64,000 bases of DNA from an uncultured Clostridia bacterium (GCA_964406735.1 CAYOSU010000004.1:1782-65781), one strand, 5' to 3'; shown: positions 53,641 to 63,616, numbered from the stretch's first letter. The notes: generated by a model not told the origin, from the letters alone. A program made the numbers and translations.

Positions 53641-54300
53641 ATGAGTTTCAGAGAAAAAGTACACGAACTGTTGAAAGAAGTTCTCGATTTAACGGAAGAA
53701 GAGGTCGTAACGTATGATTTTACTTCCGTAGGCGTTGCGCAGGAGATAGCCTTTTACGCTCATTACGGACAAAGACGGCTAAACAGCGATATGTATATCG
53801 TTCATCCCGACAACGTTTTGAAGTTGTATCGGAAGTTCGTCGGAATAATCGAGGACGATTATTTTTGCCTTGATAGCGACCTGCTTTGCAGAGAATGTAA
53901 CGTACCGTACGAGGGCGTACAAGAGGTCTGCCTTCTTCACGACGTCTTAGAGGACAGCTCTGTTACGATAGAGGAGATATCCGAGCTTTTTGAGGAAGTA
54001 GGCTTAAAAACTCACTTTGATCTATATATAAAAACGCCGCTTCTTTTAATAACACACGACAAGAGCGATGATTACGATAAATATATCGAAAAGCTGATAG
54101 AACATCCTACTTCTGCGCTTGTGAAAATGCTCGACATGACGGATAATATGAACCCGACGACGTTGCATTACTTTGGTGAAAAAGAGCTTGATAGAATAAT
54201 GATGTACTCAAAATATTGCAAAGCGATAAACGATAGGTATCATTTTACCGAAAATACCTATAAATACTTTGCGATAAGAAGAGAAAGAAACAGAAGATAA
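53641..54300 (+). CDS. Stand-alone RelA/SpoT-type HD hydrolase domain protein (small alarmone hydrolase-like)
   Basis: ATG 53641 after GGAGG. FYAHYGQRR, YIVHPDNV and LLHDVLEDS match the (p)ppGpp-hydrolase HD_4 blocks. No synthetase domain. Confidence 0.65.
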   Translation: MSFREKVHELLKEVLDLTEEEVVTYDFTSVGVAQEIAFYAHYGQRRLNSDMYIVHPDNVLKLYRKFVGIIEDDYFCLDSDLLCRECNVPYEGVQEVCLLHDVLEDSSVTIEEISELFEEVGLKTHFDLYIKTPLLLITHDKSDDYDKYIEKLIEHPTSALVKMLDMTDNMNPTTLHYFGEKELDRIMMYSKYCKAINDRYHFTENTYKYFAIRRERNRR

Positions 54301-54327
54301 GGCAAATAGAAATTTATTTCCAACAAT

Positions 54328-54363
54328 AAAAACTGCGGCTTTATTTCAAGCCGCAGTTTTTTT
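54328..54363. terminator. Bidirectional terminator
   Basis: AAAAACTGCGGCTT / AAGCCGCAGTTTTT. Confidence 0.8.
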
Positions 54364-54371
54364 ATCAGGTT

Positions 54372-54731
54372 TTATGCCAAAAGCTCGTCCTTTTTGGAGA
54401 GGATGTTTTCGCACGCTTTGCAAGCAGGACAGTCGCAATATTTTGCGCCCGACGCTTTAAGCTCCTTTGCGTGCTCCAAGAACTTCACTGCGCCCTCTTT
54501 TCCGAATACCTTTTCTGCAACGGGCGAGGAAGCGAACGCCAAAAGACCGTCGATAGGCTCGATGTCCTCTTCGACTTCGTTTAAGAAGCGAACGGTTTCT
54601 TCCTTTTCACGCTCCGTGCCGAGCGAAGAGAGCCAGCTTTGTGTGGCATCTTTTACTTCCTTGCACGCAGACGGTGCGGCAATAAGAGCGTTTGCCTCGT
54701 TTATGACGTAATCCAAAACTTCTTTGTTCAT
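54372..54731 (-). CDS. Hypothetical protein with C-terminal CDCPACKAC motif
   Basis: Start trimmed to MNKEVLDY (54731), with GGAGG RBS. Confidence 0.55.
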   Translation of the reverse strand: MNKEVLDYVINEANALIAAPSACKEVKDATQSWLSSLGTEREKEETVRFLNEVEEDIEPIDGLLAFASSPVAEKVFGKEGAVKFLEHAKELKASGAKYCDCPACKACENILSKKDELLA

Positions 54732-54877
54732 AACAATACCTCCGAGTGGGTTTTTCAAGAATAATTATACTCTTTCACTGTTATCCTTGTCAATATTTTT
54801 ATTTTTTCGTCCCTTTTGCCTTGTCATATTCGGACTCTTTTGCTACACTGTAGTTGAAAACAAAAGAGGTCGAAAAT

Positions 54878-55600
54878 ATGAAAAAGTCAACCAAACGCAT
54901 AGTTGCAATGATAATAGTAGTCTTAGTCGTGCTTTTCGTAGCGCAATATCTGTTCTCGTACTACAAGGCTGTGGACGTAGATGAATATTTGAAGTCAAGC
55001 GATGCCGTAACGGTCGAAAACAGAGATTACGGCTTGTTTTTCGACGGAGAGGGAACGGAAACGCTTTTGATATTTTACCCCGGCGCAAAGGTGGAATACA
55101 CCTCTTATGCGCCTGTTCTCCGCATCCTTTGCGAAAACGGCGTAGACGTCGCACTCGTCAAAATGCCATTTAATATGGCAATTTTCGGCATAAGCTCTGC
55201 CGACAGCGTAACGGAAGCCGATAATTACTCTTCGGTATTCGTCGGTGGACACTCGATGGGCGGTGCGATGGCGGCAAAATACGCAGAGATAACGGAAAAA
55301 GAGATCGACGGACTGATATTTTTTGCGGCGTACACGGCAAACGACCTCAAAGAAAAGGCTATCCCCGTGCTTTCGCTTTACGGCGAATTTGACGGCGTGC
55401 TTACGATGTCAAAGGTCGTCGAGGGTAGAGAACTCGTCGATAGCGCGAAATACGAAGAGGTGTGCATAGAGGGCGGTAATCACGCATATTTCGGCTCGTA
55501 CGGCGAGCAAAAGGACGACGGAACGGCGACGATAACGCCTCAGACGCAGTGGGACGTAACGGTTGCAAAGGTGCTTAGCTTCATTAAAAGTATAGCGTGA
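54878..55600 (+). CDS. Membrane-anchored alpha/beta hydrolase
   Basis: N-terminal TM (IVAMIIVVLVVLF) and GHSMGG nucleophile elbow. Confidence 0.75.
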   Translation: MKKSTKRIVAMIIVVLVVLFVAQYLFSYYKAVDVDEYLKSSDAVTVENRDYGLFFDGEGTETLLIFYPGAKVEYTSYAPVLRILCENGVDVALVKMPFNMAIFGISSADSVTEADNYSSVFVGGHSMGGAMAAKYAEITEKEIDGLIFFAAYTANDLKEKAIPVLSLYGEFDGVLTMSKVVEGRELVDSAKYEEVCIEGGNHAYFGSYGEQKDDGTATITPQTQWDVTVAKVLSFIKSIA

Positions 55601-55671
55601 GGCTTGCTATTTGGGTGAATTAGTGCTAAAATATTGTCGTAGATAGCAAAAAAGTCTTCAAAGGAGAAATT

Positions 55672-56625
55672 ATGCCAACAATTGATAGGGTAGCATTTAC
55701 GGTATTCGGCGTTGAAATATACTGGTACGCAATAATAATCGTCATCGGAATGATAGTGGGCGTATCGTCCATTTTGCTTCTTGCAAAGCACAAAAAGCTC
55801 AACCCCGACGACCTTCTCGACATAATCCTTTTCGCCCTTCCGCTTGGAATAGTAGGCGCAAGGCTATACTACGTCATAACGGACTGGGACGACAGTTGGA
55901 CTTTTGCGCAGATATTTGCGATCCGTGACGGCGGACTTGCGATATACGGCGGAATAATCGGCGGACTCATAACGGGTCTTGTCGTTGCGAAAATAAAAAA
56001 GATGACCTGGCAGGACATACTTGCCATGCTCGATATATTCGCAGTCGGCGTAATCATCGGTCAGTCTATCGGCCGCTGGGGCAACTTCGTAAATCAAGAG
56101 GCGTACGGCCAGTTGATAACCAACCCTGCGTTGCAGTTCTTTCCTCTTGCGGTATATGTTCACGGCAGCTGGTATCACGCAACCTTCTTCTACGAGTCGA
56201 TGTGGAATTTAGTGGGCTATATAGGCTTACTCATCCTCAACATCAAAAAGCCCGATTGGCGTGGAATAAGCTGCTTCTCGTATTTTGTATACTACGGCTT
56301 GGGCAGAGCTTGGATAGAGGGCTTGCGCTCTGATAGCCTTTACTTTTTGAAGAACATATTGGGTGAAACGATACGAATATCGCAGGCGCTCTCGATAATA
56401 TTGGTGATCGCAGGCATTGCCTGCATAATAGCAATAGTCAAGGTAGACAAGGCTCACCCCGAATTTAACCTGATGGGACACGCGCCAAAGGCTCAGCCCG
56501 TTTTGGCTGAGGCGTCGGAGACGACTTCCGCAGATGCTGAAGCTCCCGTTTTGGAAGAGATAAAAGAGGAAGAAGCTGTCGCTTTGACTGAAGAGCCTCA
56601 GGGAGAGGAAAAAGCGGAGGAATAA
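55672..56625 (+). CDS. lgt: Prolipoprotein diacylglyceryl transferase
   Basis: YWYAIIIVIGM, GARLYYV, GGLAIYGG and GRWGNF.NQEAYG signature. Acidic C-terminal tail. Confidence 0.9.
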   Translation: MPTIDRVAFTVFGVEIYWYAIIIVIGMIVGVSSILLLAKHKKLNPDDLLDIILFALPLGIVGARLYYVITDWDDSWTFAQIFAIRDGGLAIYGGIIGGLITGLVVAKIKKMTWQDILAMLDIFAVGVIIGQSIGRWGNFVNQEAYGQLITNPALQFFPLAVYVHGSWYHATFFYESMWNLVGYIGLLILNIKKPDWRGISCFSYFVYYGLGRAWIEGLRSDSLYFLKNILGETIRISQALSIILVIAGIACIIAIVKVDKAHPEFNLMGHAPKAQPVLAEASETTSADAEAPVLEEIKEEEAVALTEEPQGEEKAEE

Positions 56626-56626
56626 C

Positions 56627-56983
56627 ATGAAAAAGCGTTTATATGAGCTGTGCATTTCGGTCGTTACGTTGATAACGGCAATATTGTGGCTTGTCAGCAC
56701 CTTCGTCGAGGGCTTTGACTTCGGTGTTATGGGCTTTTTTGCGACGACGCTTTGCGCCGTAGGATTAATAAGCATAGTTTTCGGCATCATCGAGAAAAAG
56801 TATTGGCGCATAATACTCGGCGGCGTAGCGGTATTTTTCGGTGCGGTAGCGTTGCTTGCAAAGCTTGACCTTCTGAAAGGTGTAATGATAATATGCATAA
56901 TAATCATCGTCGGTGCGATAACGTCTATACTTTCGATAATAACAAGCAAAGGAAATAAATGGGATGCAGGAAAGAACGACTAA
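56627..56983 (+). CDS. Small multi-TM membrane protein, unknown function
   Basis: 118 aa, 4 hydrophobic segments, 2 nt after lgt. Confidence 0.55.
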   Translation: MKKRLYELCISVVTLITAILWLVSTFVEGFDFGVMGFFATTLCAVGLISIVFGIIEKKYWRIILGGVAVFFGAVALLAKLDLLKGVMIICIIIIVGAITSILSIITSKGNKWDAGKND

Positions 56984-58424
56984 GATAAAAAGAAACCTCT
57001 CGATGCTGACGGACTACTATCAGCTTACGATGGCAAACGGCTATTACCTCGAGGGGAGATCTGACAGAGAGGCGGTATTCGATATTTTTTACCGCCAGAA
57101 CGACTTTGACTATGCGATAGTCGCAGGACTCGAACAGGCGATAGATTACCTCAAAAATCTGCGCTTTGAGGATGACGATATAGAATATCTCCGCTCCTGC
57201 GGCGATTTCGACGAGGGCTTCCTCGAGCATTTGAGGAGCTTCCGCTTCACGGGCGACGTATACGCACTCCCCGAGGGCACGGTGGTCTTCCCGATGGAGC
57301 CTATTCTTACCGTCAAAGCACCCCTTGAGCAGGCGCAGATAATAGAGACCGCCCTTCTTACGATAATAAATCACCAAACGCTGATTGCGACAAAGGGCGC
57401 AAGAGTAAAGCAGGCGGCAGGAGATACCACCGTTTTGGAGTTCGGACTCAGACGTGCTCAAGGCCCTGACGCGGGCATTTACGGCGCAAGAGCGGCTGTT
57501 TTGGGCGGCTGTGACGCAACGAGCAACGTGCTTGCGGCAAAGGAATTCGGCATTCCGTGCAAGGGAACGCACTCCCATTCGTGGGTAATGTCCTTTCCCG
57601 ACGAGCTTACTGCGTTCAGAGAGTACGCAAGACTTTACCCGAATAACTGCTTGCTTTTGGTAGACACCTACGACACCTTAAAGAGCGGTGTTCCGAACGC
57701 AATAACGGTTTTCAAGGAGATGAGGGAAAAGGGCTTAGAACCGTCAGGCATAAGGCTTGACTCGGGCGACCTTTCCTACCTTTCCAAGAAAGCGAGGAAG
57801 ATGCTCGACGAGGCAGGCTTTGAGAACGCCAAGATATGCGTATCCTCGGACTTAGACGAAAACCTCATCCAGTCCCTCATACATCAGGGCGCAAAGATAG
57901 ACATCTGGGGCGTAGGAACCAAGCTCATCACCTCTTACGATATGCCATCTCTCGGCGGCGTATACAAGATGAGTGCGATATACGAAAACGGCGTCGAGAT
58001 CCCCAAGATCAAGCTTTCTGACAATGCGATAAAGATAACCAACCCCGGCTACAAGTCGGTGTACAGGATATATAACAAGGAAACAGGCAAGGCTATAGCC
58101 GACCTTATAGGTCTCAAAGGCGAAAAGTTCCCCGAGGACGAGCTTACGATATTCCACCCCGTCGAGACTTGGAAGCAGATGACGCTCACAAATTACTATA
58201 TAAAAGAGCTTCACGTCGAGATAATGAGACGAGGCGAGGTAGTATACGACTTCCCCACTCTTTCAAAGGCACGTGAATATTGCAAGGCGGACAAAGAGAC
58301 CTTCTGGGAGGAGTATAGGAGACTTACCAACCCCGAGACGTATAAGGTAGACCTTTCAAAGAACTTATACGACTTGAAGACAAAGATGATATCCGAACTT
58401 AGAGGAGTCAAAAAGAACGGCTGA
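56964..58424 (+). CDS. pncB: Nicotinate phosphoribosyltransferase
   Basis: LTDYYQLTM, GLRRAQG, KGTHSHSW and IRLDSGDL motifs. Confidence 0.9.
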   Translation: MQERTTKIKRNLSMLTDYYQLTMANGYYLEGRSDREAVFDIFYRQNDFDYAIVAGLEQAIDYLKNLRFEDDDIEYLRSCGDFDEGFLEHLRSFRFTGDVYALPEGTVVFPMEPILTVKAPLEQAQIIETALLTIINHQTLIATKGARVKQAAGDTTVLEFGLRRAQGPDAGIYGARAAVLGGCDATSNVLAAKEFGIPCKGTHSHSWVMSFPDELTAFREYARLYPNNCLLLVDTYDTLKSGVPNAITVFKEMREKGLEPSGIRLDSGDLSYLSKKARKMLDEAGFENAKICVSSDLDENLIQSLIHQGAKIDIWGVGTKLITSYDMPSLGGVYKMSAIYENGVEIPKIKLSDNAIKITNPGYKSVYRIYNKETGKAIADLIGLKGEKFPEDELTIFHPVETWKQMTLTNYYIKELHVEIMRRGEVVYDFPTLSKAREYCKADKETFWEEYRRLTNPETYKVDLSKNLYDLKTKMISELRGVKKNG

Positions 58425-58442
58425 GACGCCAAACGAGGGAAA

Positions 58443-59009
58443 ATGAAAGAATTGCAGGACAGAAAATACTCCGTGCAGGAAGTCAAAGAGCTTTTGCGCG
58501 AGGAGTCGTTTGAATACGAAAACACCCTATCCGACCAAAAGGAGAGGATATTTTCGCTTGTCAACGAGAACGAGACCTTGAAAGAGGAGATAAAAAAGTA
58601 CAAAGACAAGGAGTCTGCAATTTCCGAAGCGCTCGTGTCGGCGATATCCAAGTCAAAAGAGATAGAGCTTGCCTCCAAGAAAAAGTTCGAGGGCAACCTA
58701 ATCCGCTTAAAGGTCTTTGAGGGAAAGCTCGTTTCGTACTACAAACGACTGCTTGCGAAATACCCCCTCGACGACAACTTGCTCAGCACCGAAGAGTTCC
58801 TTCACAAAATGGACGAGATACTCGGAACGGACTACATGAAAGCGGACGTTTTCAACAGGATGTTCAAGGAGCAAAACCCCACGATGCAAAAGGGCGGAGC
58901 GGTCGATTACGGTATGTACGAGCCGTCGGAATCGGGCTTTGATATCAACGAAGCGCTCAATCCCTCCGAGGACTTAGAAGCCATCTGTAAGGAGCTTGGC
59001 TTGATATAA
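58443..59009 (+). CDS. DivIVA-domain-like coiled-coil protein
   Basis: Heptad-rich N-terminal part (LKEEIKKYKDKESAISEALVSA). Weak family call. Confidence 0.5.
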   Translation: MKELQDRKYSVQEVKELLREESFEYENTLSDQKERIFSLVNENETLKEEIKKYKDKESAISEALVSAISKSKEIELASKKKFEGNLIRLKVFEGKLVSYYKRLLAKYPLDDNLLSTEEFLHKMDEILGTDYMKADVFNRMFKEQNPTMQKGGAVDYGMYEPSESGFDINEALNPSEDLEAICKELGLI

Positions 59010-59058
59010 AAATATAGACCAAGCAATTAGCAATAAAAACAAGTATGATTATCTAAGA

Positions 59059-59089
59059 AGACCCAAGCATAACGCTCGGGTCTTTTTTA
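59059..59089 (+). terminator. Rho-independent terminator
   Basis: AGACCCaAGC / GCTcGGGTCT followed by TTTTT. Confidence 0.75.
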
Positions 59090-59247
59090 TACCCCGTAAA
59101 TACTTGCTTTATCTTAACTATTTTTATCGACAGGCGGCGGAGTGACCTTGCTTCCCGTATCGCAGTGTTCGTCCTTCGATATACTTCCGTTATACCGCTT
59201 TAACTTGAAGCTTATGCTTGACATAACGGAAAATTTCGCATTTGTTA

Positions 59248-59276
59248 TTGACAACAATCGTTTTAAGATGTATTAT
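59248..59276 (+). promoter_or_regulatory. Sigma-A type promoter upstream of the GNAT gene
   Basis: TTGACA (59248-59253), 17 nt, TATTAT (59271-59276). Confidence 0.5.
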
Positions 59277-59437
59277 ATATGTGGCGGAAGCCAAAATATT
59301 TTTTTAGGAGCGTGCTTTTTGAGAAAGTACTCACAAACGGAGTCGGTAGCGTAAGTCGAGAAGGCTTACCTCAACCGAAAGCCTCCTCGACGAAGAGTGT
59401 CGGTTGTAAGTCAACAACGATTCAGGAGGAATAAAAA

Positions 59438-60064
59438 ATGAACAAAAATGACGGCATAATTATCCGAAAGGAAAGAGAAGAAGACTACCGCAAGACGGAA
59501 AACTTAGTACGAGAGGCGTTTTGGGATGTTTACAGAGAGGGCGCAGTGGAGCACTACGTTCTGCATTGTATGCGCAAAGATCCCGATTTTGTCAACGAGC
59601 TTGACTTCGTAATGGAAAAAGACGGCGAAATAATAGGCCAGACCGTTGCGATGAAAGCGAAAGTCGAGACGAAAGAGGGTGCAATAGACGTTCTCACGAT
59701 AGGACCTATCTGCATAAGCAAACGCTTTCAAAAGAAAGGGTTAGGAAAGAAGCTTTTGGACTATACGCTACAAAAGGCTTCAGAGCAAGGCTTTGGCGCT
59801 GTGCTTTTCACGGGCGATATAGGCTTTTACGGCAAAAGCGGTTTCGTAGTCGCAAAAACGCTCGGAATAACCTATTTTGACGATCCTGCGGCTGATTACT
59901 TCCTTGCCAAGGAGCTTCAAAAGGGCTTTTTCGACGGCAAGAAAGGAACGTACAAAGATCCAAAGGTATACTTTGCGGCAAGCGAGAACGAAGAGGATTT
60001 TTCAGCGTTCGACAGCTCTTTTCCCAAAAAGGATAAGAATAAGAAAGATTGTCAGATATTCTGA
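59438..60064 (+). CDS. GNAT-family N-acetyltransferase
   Basis: IRKEREEDY and the acetyl-CoA site ISKRFQKKGLGKKLL (Q/RxxGxG/A). Confidence 0.85.
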   Translation: MNKNDGIIIRKEREEDYRKTENLVREAFWDVYREGAVEHYVLHCMRKDPDFVNELDFVMEKDGEIIGQTVAMKAKVETKEGAIDVLTIGPICISKRFQKKGLGKKLLDYTLQKASEQGFGAVLFTGDIGFYGKSGFVVAKTLGITYFDDPAADYFLAKELQKGFFDGKKGTYKDPKVYFAASENEEDFSAFDSSFPKKDKNKKDCQIF

Positions 60065-60134
60065 CAAAAAAGCGTAAATTTTGGCGTTTGTCGGGCTGAA
60101 AAGCCCGACTGAACGCAAAATTTCAGGAGATGTT

Positions 60135-60296
60135 ATGGCAACATCGCAAGAATATATCGAGTTCGTCTGCGGAATGATAGATACGAACTTTCCGAATATA
60201 TTGGACGTAGAGGACAGAGAGCTTACCGCAACGGTCGTTGAGATATTAGAAGCCGTTACGCCACTTCCCAAAAAGAAAGCGAGGATAAAAAAATGA
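60135..60296 (+). CDS. Truncated TfoX_N-like protein (internally deleted remnant?)
   Basis: ATG 60135 after CAGGAGA. MATSQEYIEFVCGMI resembles the TfoX_N start and ...LEAVTPLPKKKARIKK resembles its end, but the middle ~55 residues are missing. Confidence 0.4.
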   Translation: MATSQEYIEFVCGMIDTNFPNILDVEDRELTATVVEILEAVTPLPKKKARIKK

Positions 60297-60655
60297 AAAA
60301 GACTGCGATAATATTAGCCTTTCTGACTTTTTGCGTGTTTACGCTGAGCTCTTGCGGCGGAAGTATAGAGTTTTCGTCCGGCGATGGCGTAATGAGCTAT
60401 ACGCTCAAAAATTACAGCGGCGAGGATCAACGAGCGTTCGAGTGCGAAAAAGGCACGGAAATAAAAATAGAGATAGAAAGAACGAGCGGAAGACTTGACA
60501 TCTCTATAGAAACAGAAAGCGGTGAGCGTGAATACGTCTCAAATGATGCGTATACGGGAAGCTTCATAATAACGATGAGCGAAAGCGGCGTATACAAGAT
60601 AACGCTTTTGGCAAAGTTAGTTGACGGAACGATAACTCTTACTAAGGTAAACTGA
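60293..60655 (+). CDS. Small lipoprotein
   Basis: Signal peptide plus lipobox (FTLSSCGG). Confidence 0.65.
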   Translation: MKKTAIILAFLTFCVFTLSSCGGSIEFSSGDGVMSYTLKNYSGEDQRAFECEKGTEIKIEIERTSGRLDISIETESGEREYVSNDAYTGSFIITMSESGVYKITLLAKLVDGTITLTKVN

Positions 60656-60810
60656 CGCAAAAATAATACGAAAAGTGCGCTTAAATACGGCGCATTTTTT
60701 ATTTTCGTCAAAATAAGGTCAAAAAATCTGCAATAATCTCAAATTTTTTGCAATAATTGTTTCAAACATTGATATATAATTACCTTAATTAATGTGAAGG
60801 AGAATATAGC

Positions 60811-63381
60811 ATGAGAGCACTAAGGCTTAGGACGGAATATTTGAAAGACCCTATCGGTATTGGTGAGAGGTCTCCGAGATTATTGTGGAATGACGAGGGA
60901 GCAAAAGAACAGACGAGCTTTGAGCTTAAATACTCCGTCAACGGCAACGAAAAGATTGTAACGAGAAAGACAGCGGAGATGTTCTGCGACCTTCCCGAAA
61001 AGCTCAATAGCCGTGACGAGGTCGAATGGCAGTTGAGAATAACGGACGAAAATGGCGAGACCTCCGTTTGGAGCGAAAAAGCACGCTTTGAGATAGGACT
61101 TCTCGACAAAACTGACTTTGAAGGCAAGTGGATAAGCGGCGACTACAAGCCCCAAAAGAACGTAAGATACCCCGTAGATCACTTCAAAAAGGGATTTAAG
61201 CTAAGCGGCAAAGTCAAAAAAGCAAGGCTATATATGTCCGCTCAGGGAATATACGAAGCTTTTCTCAACGGCAAAAAGATAGGCGAGGACGTTTTAGCAC
61301 CAGGCTCTACCGATTACAGAAAGAGGGTACAGTATCAGACCTACGATATAACCTCGCTTCTTGGCGATAGCAACGAGTTCACCGTAGAGCTTGCCGACGG
61401 CTGGTATAGAGGAAGTGTCGGCGCATACGGAAAGACTGCGGTATACGGCAGAGTAACTGCGTTCATCTCGCAGATAGAGATATATTACGAGGACGGCAGG
61501 TGCGAAAAGGTACTCAGCGATAAAAGCTTTAGCTGGTCAAACGACGGAGCTATACGCTTTGCGGACCTCAAAGACGGCGAAGTCGTGGACGCAAACGCCG
61601 CTCCAAGCTATGCAGGAAAGGCAAAAGAGGTCAAAAAGAGCATCAATCTGTGCGCTTCCGACAACGTTTCTGTCAAGAAAAAAGAAAGCTTCACGCCAAC
61701 ACTCATAGTAACCCCGTCAGGCAAAAAGGTGCTCGATTTTTCGCAGAATATCGCAGGCTTCATAGGATTCAAGCTCAACGCCAAAAAGGGACAGAGGATA
61801 ACTCTTCTTGCGGGCGAGATAATGAAAGACGGCGAATTTACCCAAAGTAATTTCCAGATAGACAAGCTCGATTACGAGTGGAGCATGCTTGAAGAGTTCA
61901 CCAAAGTCGTCATGAGCAAGTACAGCGAAAAGGACAAAGCCCACGTCGTCAAAACGCCCCTTCAAAAGGTTGAGTATACCTGCAAGGACGGCGAGAATGC
62001 TTATGAGACGAGATTTGCGATCTTCGGTTTCAGATACGTATTGGTCGATGCCGACGTTGATTTCAAGCCCGAGGACTTTTACTCCGTAGCGGTATATTCC
62101 GACGTTGAGGAGACCTTGAGATTCGCAACCTCGAACGACAACGTAAATAAAATAGTAGAGAACACTCGCTGGAGCGTCAAGGGCAACTTTGCCGACGTTC
62201 CGACCGACTGCCCCACTCGTGAGAGAATGGGCTGGACGGGCGATGCGCAGATATTCTACAACGCAGCAAATTATTTCATCGACGGTGCGGCGTTCTACAA
62301 AAAGTTCATCCGTGATATGGTGGACGGCAGAACAAAGAACGGCATGGTCTCTGCGGTAGTTCCGATGAACGGCGTCGAGATGATGTACGTATCGACAGGC
62401 ACGTCCGCAGGCTGGCAGGACGCTCTCGTATTAGTCCCTTACCGTCAATACCTTCTCTATCGCGATGAAAGGGTGTTGAGAGACAACTACGAAGCGTTAA
62501 AGAAATTCGGCTTGTGGATGATAAAATGCGCAGGCGACAAGGATAAAGACAACCCGTACGCAGAATTCGTATACTCTCACGGCGTACAGCTCGGCGAGTG
62601 GTTAGAGCCCAAAGAGTACGAGGACTTCAACAGGAACGGTCCCGAGAAACGCAAAGAAGAGCCTACTGCGTACTTTGCGTATACCCTTGCTGCGCTTTCC
62701 GACATAGCGAAGATACTCGGAAAGGACGAGGACAGCAAGCTCTTCAAAAAGTATAGCGACGGCGCAAAGAACGCATACCGCCATATGTACCTCAAAGAAG
62801 TGCCCGACACGGACAGACAGGCAAAGCTCGTACGTCCGCTTGCGTTGGAACTTTACGGCGACGAGGTTACGAAAGCGGGCTTGGCGGCAAGACTTGCTAA
62901 GTCTGCAAAGAACAGAGATTACCACGTCGCAACGGGCTTCCTCTCGACGGTATTCCTGCTCGGATGCCTTTCAAAGAACGGCTATGTTGACGAGGCGTAT
63001 AAGATACTTCTCAACGAAGACTACCCCGGCTGGATAAACGAGATCAAAAACGGCGCAACGACTATATGGGAAGACTGGGAGGGCGGATCGTCCAACAATC
63101 ACTACTCCCCGGGCGCGGTCTGCGAGTGGATATTTACGGAGGTCGGCGGCATCAAGGTAGTCGGCGAAAGAGCGTTTGAAATATCTCCTAAGGTAGGCGG
63201 AGGCTTAACGTATTCCGATATGAGCTACGACAGCCCCTACGGAACGGTCGAGTGCCGTTGGAACGTAGTCGGCGATAAGACGGCTTACAAGATAAAAGTC
63301 CCCGGCAACTGCAAAGCGGAGTTTATCGTCGGAAGCGAGAGTAAAACGCTTTCCACGGGCGAATACGAAATAACGCTATAA
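60811..63381 (+). CDS. Alpha-L-rhamnosidase, GH78 (second, divergent copy)
   Basis: RLLWN, ARLYMSAQGIYEAFLNGKKIG, VPTDCPTRERMGWTGDAQIF, GATTIWEDWEG. Confidence 0.9.
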   Translation: MRALRLRTEYLKDPIGIGERSPRLLWNDEGAKEQTSFELKYSVNGNEKIVTRKTAEMFCDLPEKLNSRDEVEWQLRITDENGETSVWSEKARFEIGLLDKTDFEGKWISGDYKPQKNVRYPVDHFKKGFKLSGKVKKARLYMSAQGIYEAFLNGKKIGEDVLAPGSTDYRKRVQYQTYDITSLLGDSNEFTVELADGWYRGSVGAYGKTAVYGRVTAFISQIEIYYEDGRCEKVLSDKSFSWSNDGAIRFADLKDGEVVDANAAPSYAGKAKEVKKSINLCASDNVSVKKKESFTPTLIVTPSGKKVLDFSQNIAGFIGFKLNAKKGQRITLLAGEIMKDGEFTQSNFQIDKLDYEWSMLEEFTKVVMSKYSEKDKAHVVKTPLQKVEYTCKDGENAYETRFAIFGFRYVLVDADVDFKPEDFYSVAVYSDVEETLRFATSNDNVNKIVENTRWSVKGNFADVPTDCPTRERMGWTGDAQIFYNAANYFIDGAAFYKKFIRDMVDGRTKNGMVSAVVPMNGVEMMYVSTGTSAGWQDALVLVPYRQYLLYRDERVLRDNYEALKKFGLWMIKCAGDKDKDNPYAEFVYSHGVQLGEWLEPKEYEDFNRNGPEKRKEEPTAYFAYTLAALSDIAKILGKDEDSKLFKKYSDGAKNAYRHMYLKEVPDTDRQAKLVRPLALELYGDEVTKAGLAARLAKSAKNRDYHVATGFLSTVFLLGCLSKNGYVDEAYKILLNEDYPGWINEIKNGATTIWEDWEGGSSNNHYSPGAVCEWIFTEVGGIKVVGERAFEISPKVGGGLTYSDMSYDSPYGTVECRWNVVGDKTAYKIKVPGNCKAEFIVGSESKTLSTGEYEITL

Positions 63382-63397
63382 TTTTGAGAACCAAAGT

Positions 63398-63427
63398 AAA
63401 GCCTGCGCTATTAAACGCAGGCTTTTA
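63398..63427 (+). terminator. Rho-independent terminator
   Basis: AAAGCCTGCG / CGCAGGCTTT followed by T. Confidence 0.75.
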
Positions 63428-63587
63428 TATTGAAAAAGCGAAATTGAAAAAACAGCGTTTTTTCTTTTTCCAAGCTTTCAAGCTATCGCTGAAAATGCGT
63501 TTTCGCTCAAAAAATGATACTGAACGCAAGATATTGTGTCGGAAAAACTCTTAATTCAAAATCTTGCTTAAAACGACGTCTTTTTGG

Positions 63588-63616
63588 TTGACTTTTTCGG
63601 GGAAGTAGTATAGTAT
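63588..63616 (+). promoter_or_regulatory. Sigma-A type promoter of the xpt leader
   Basis: TTGACT (63588-63593), 17 nt, TAGTAT (63611-63616). Confidence 0.55.

Noticed and set aside
59142-59354. 70-aa ORF in the spacer upstream of the GNAT gene
   Set aside because: It spans the predicted promoter, has no RBS, and shows no protein-like pattern. The region is treated as promoter plus leader RNA.
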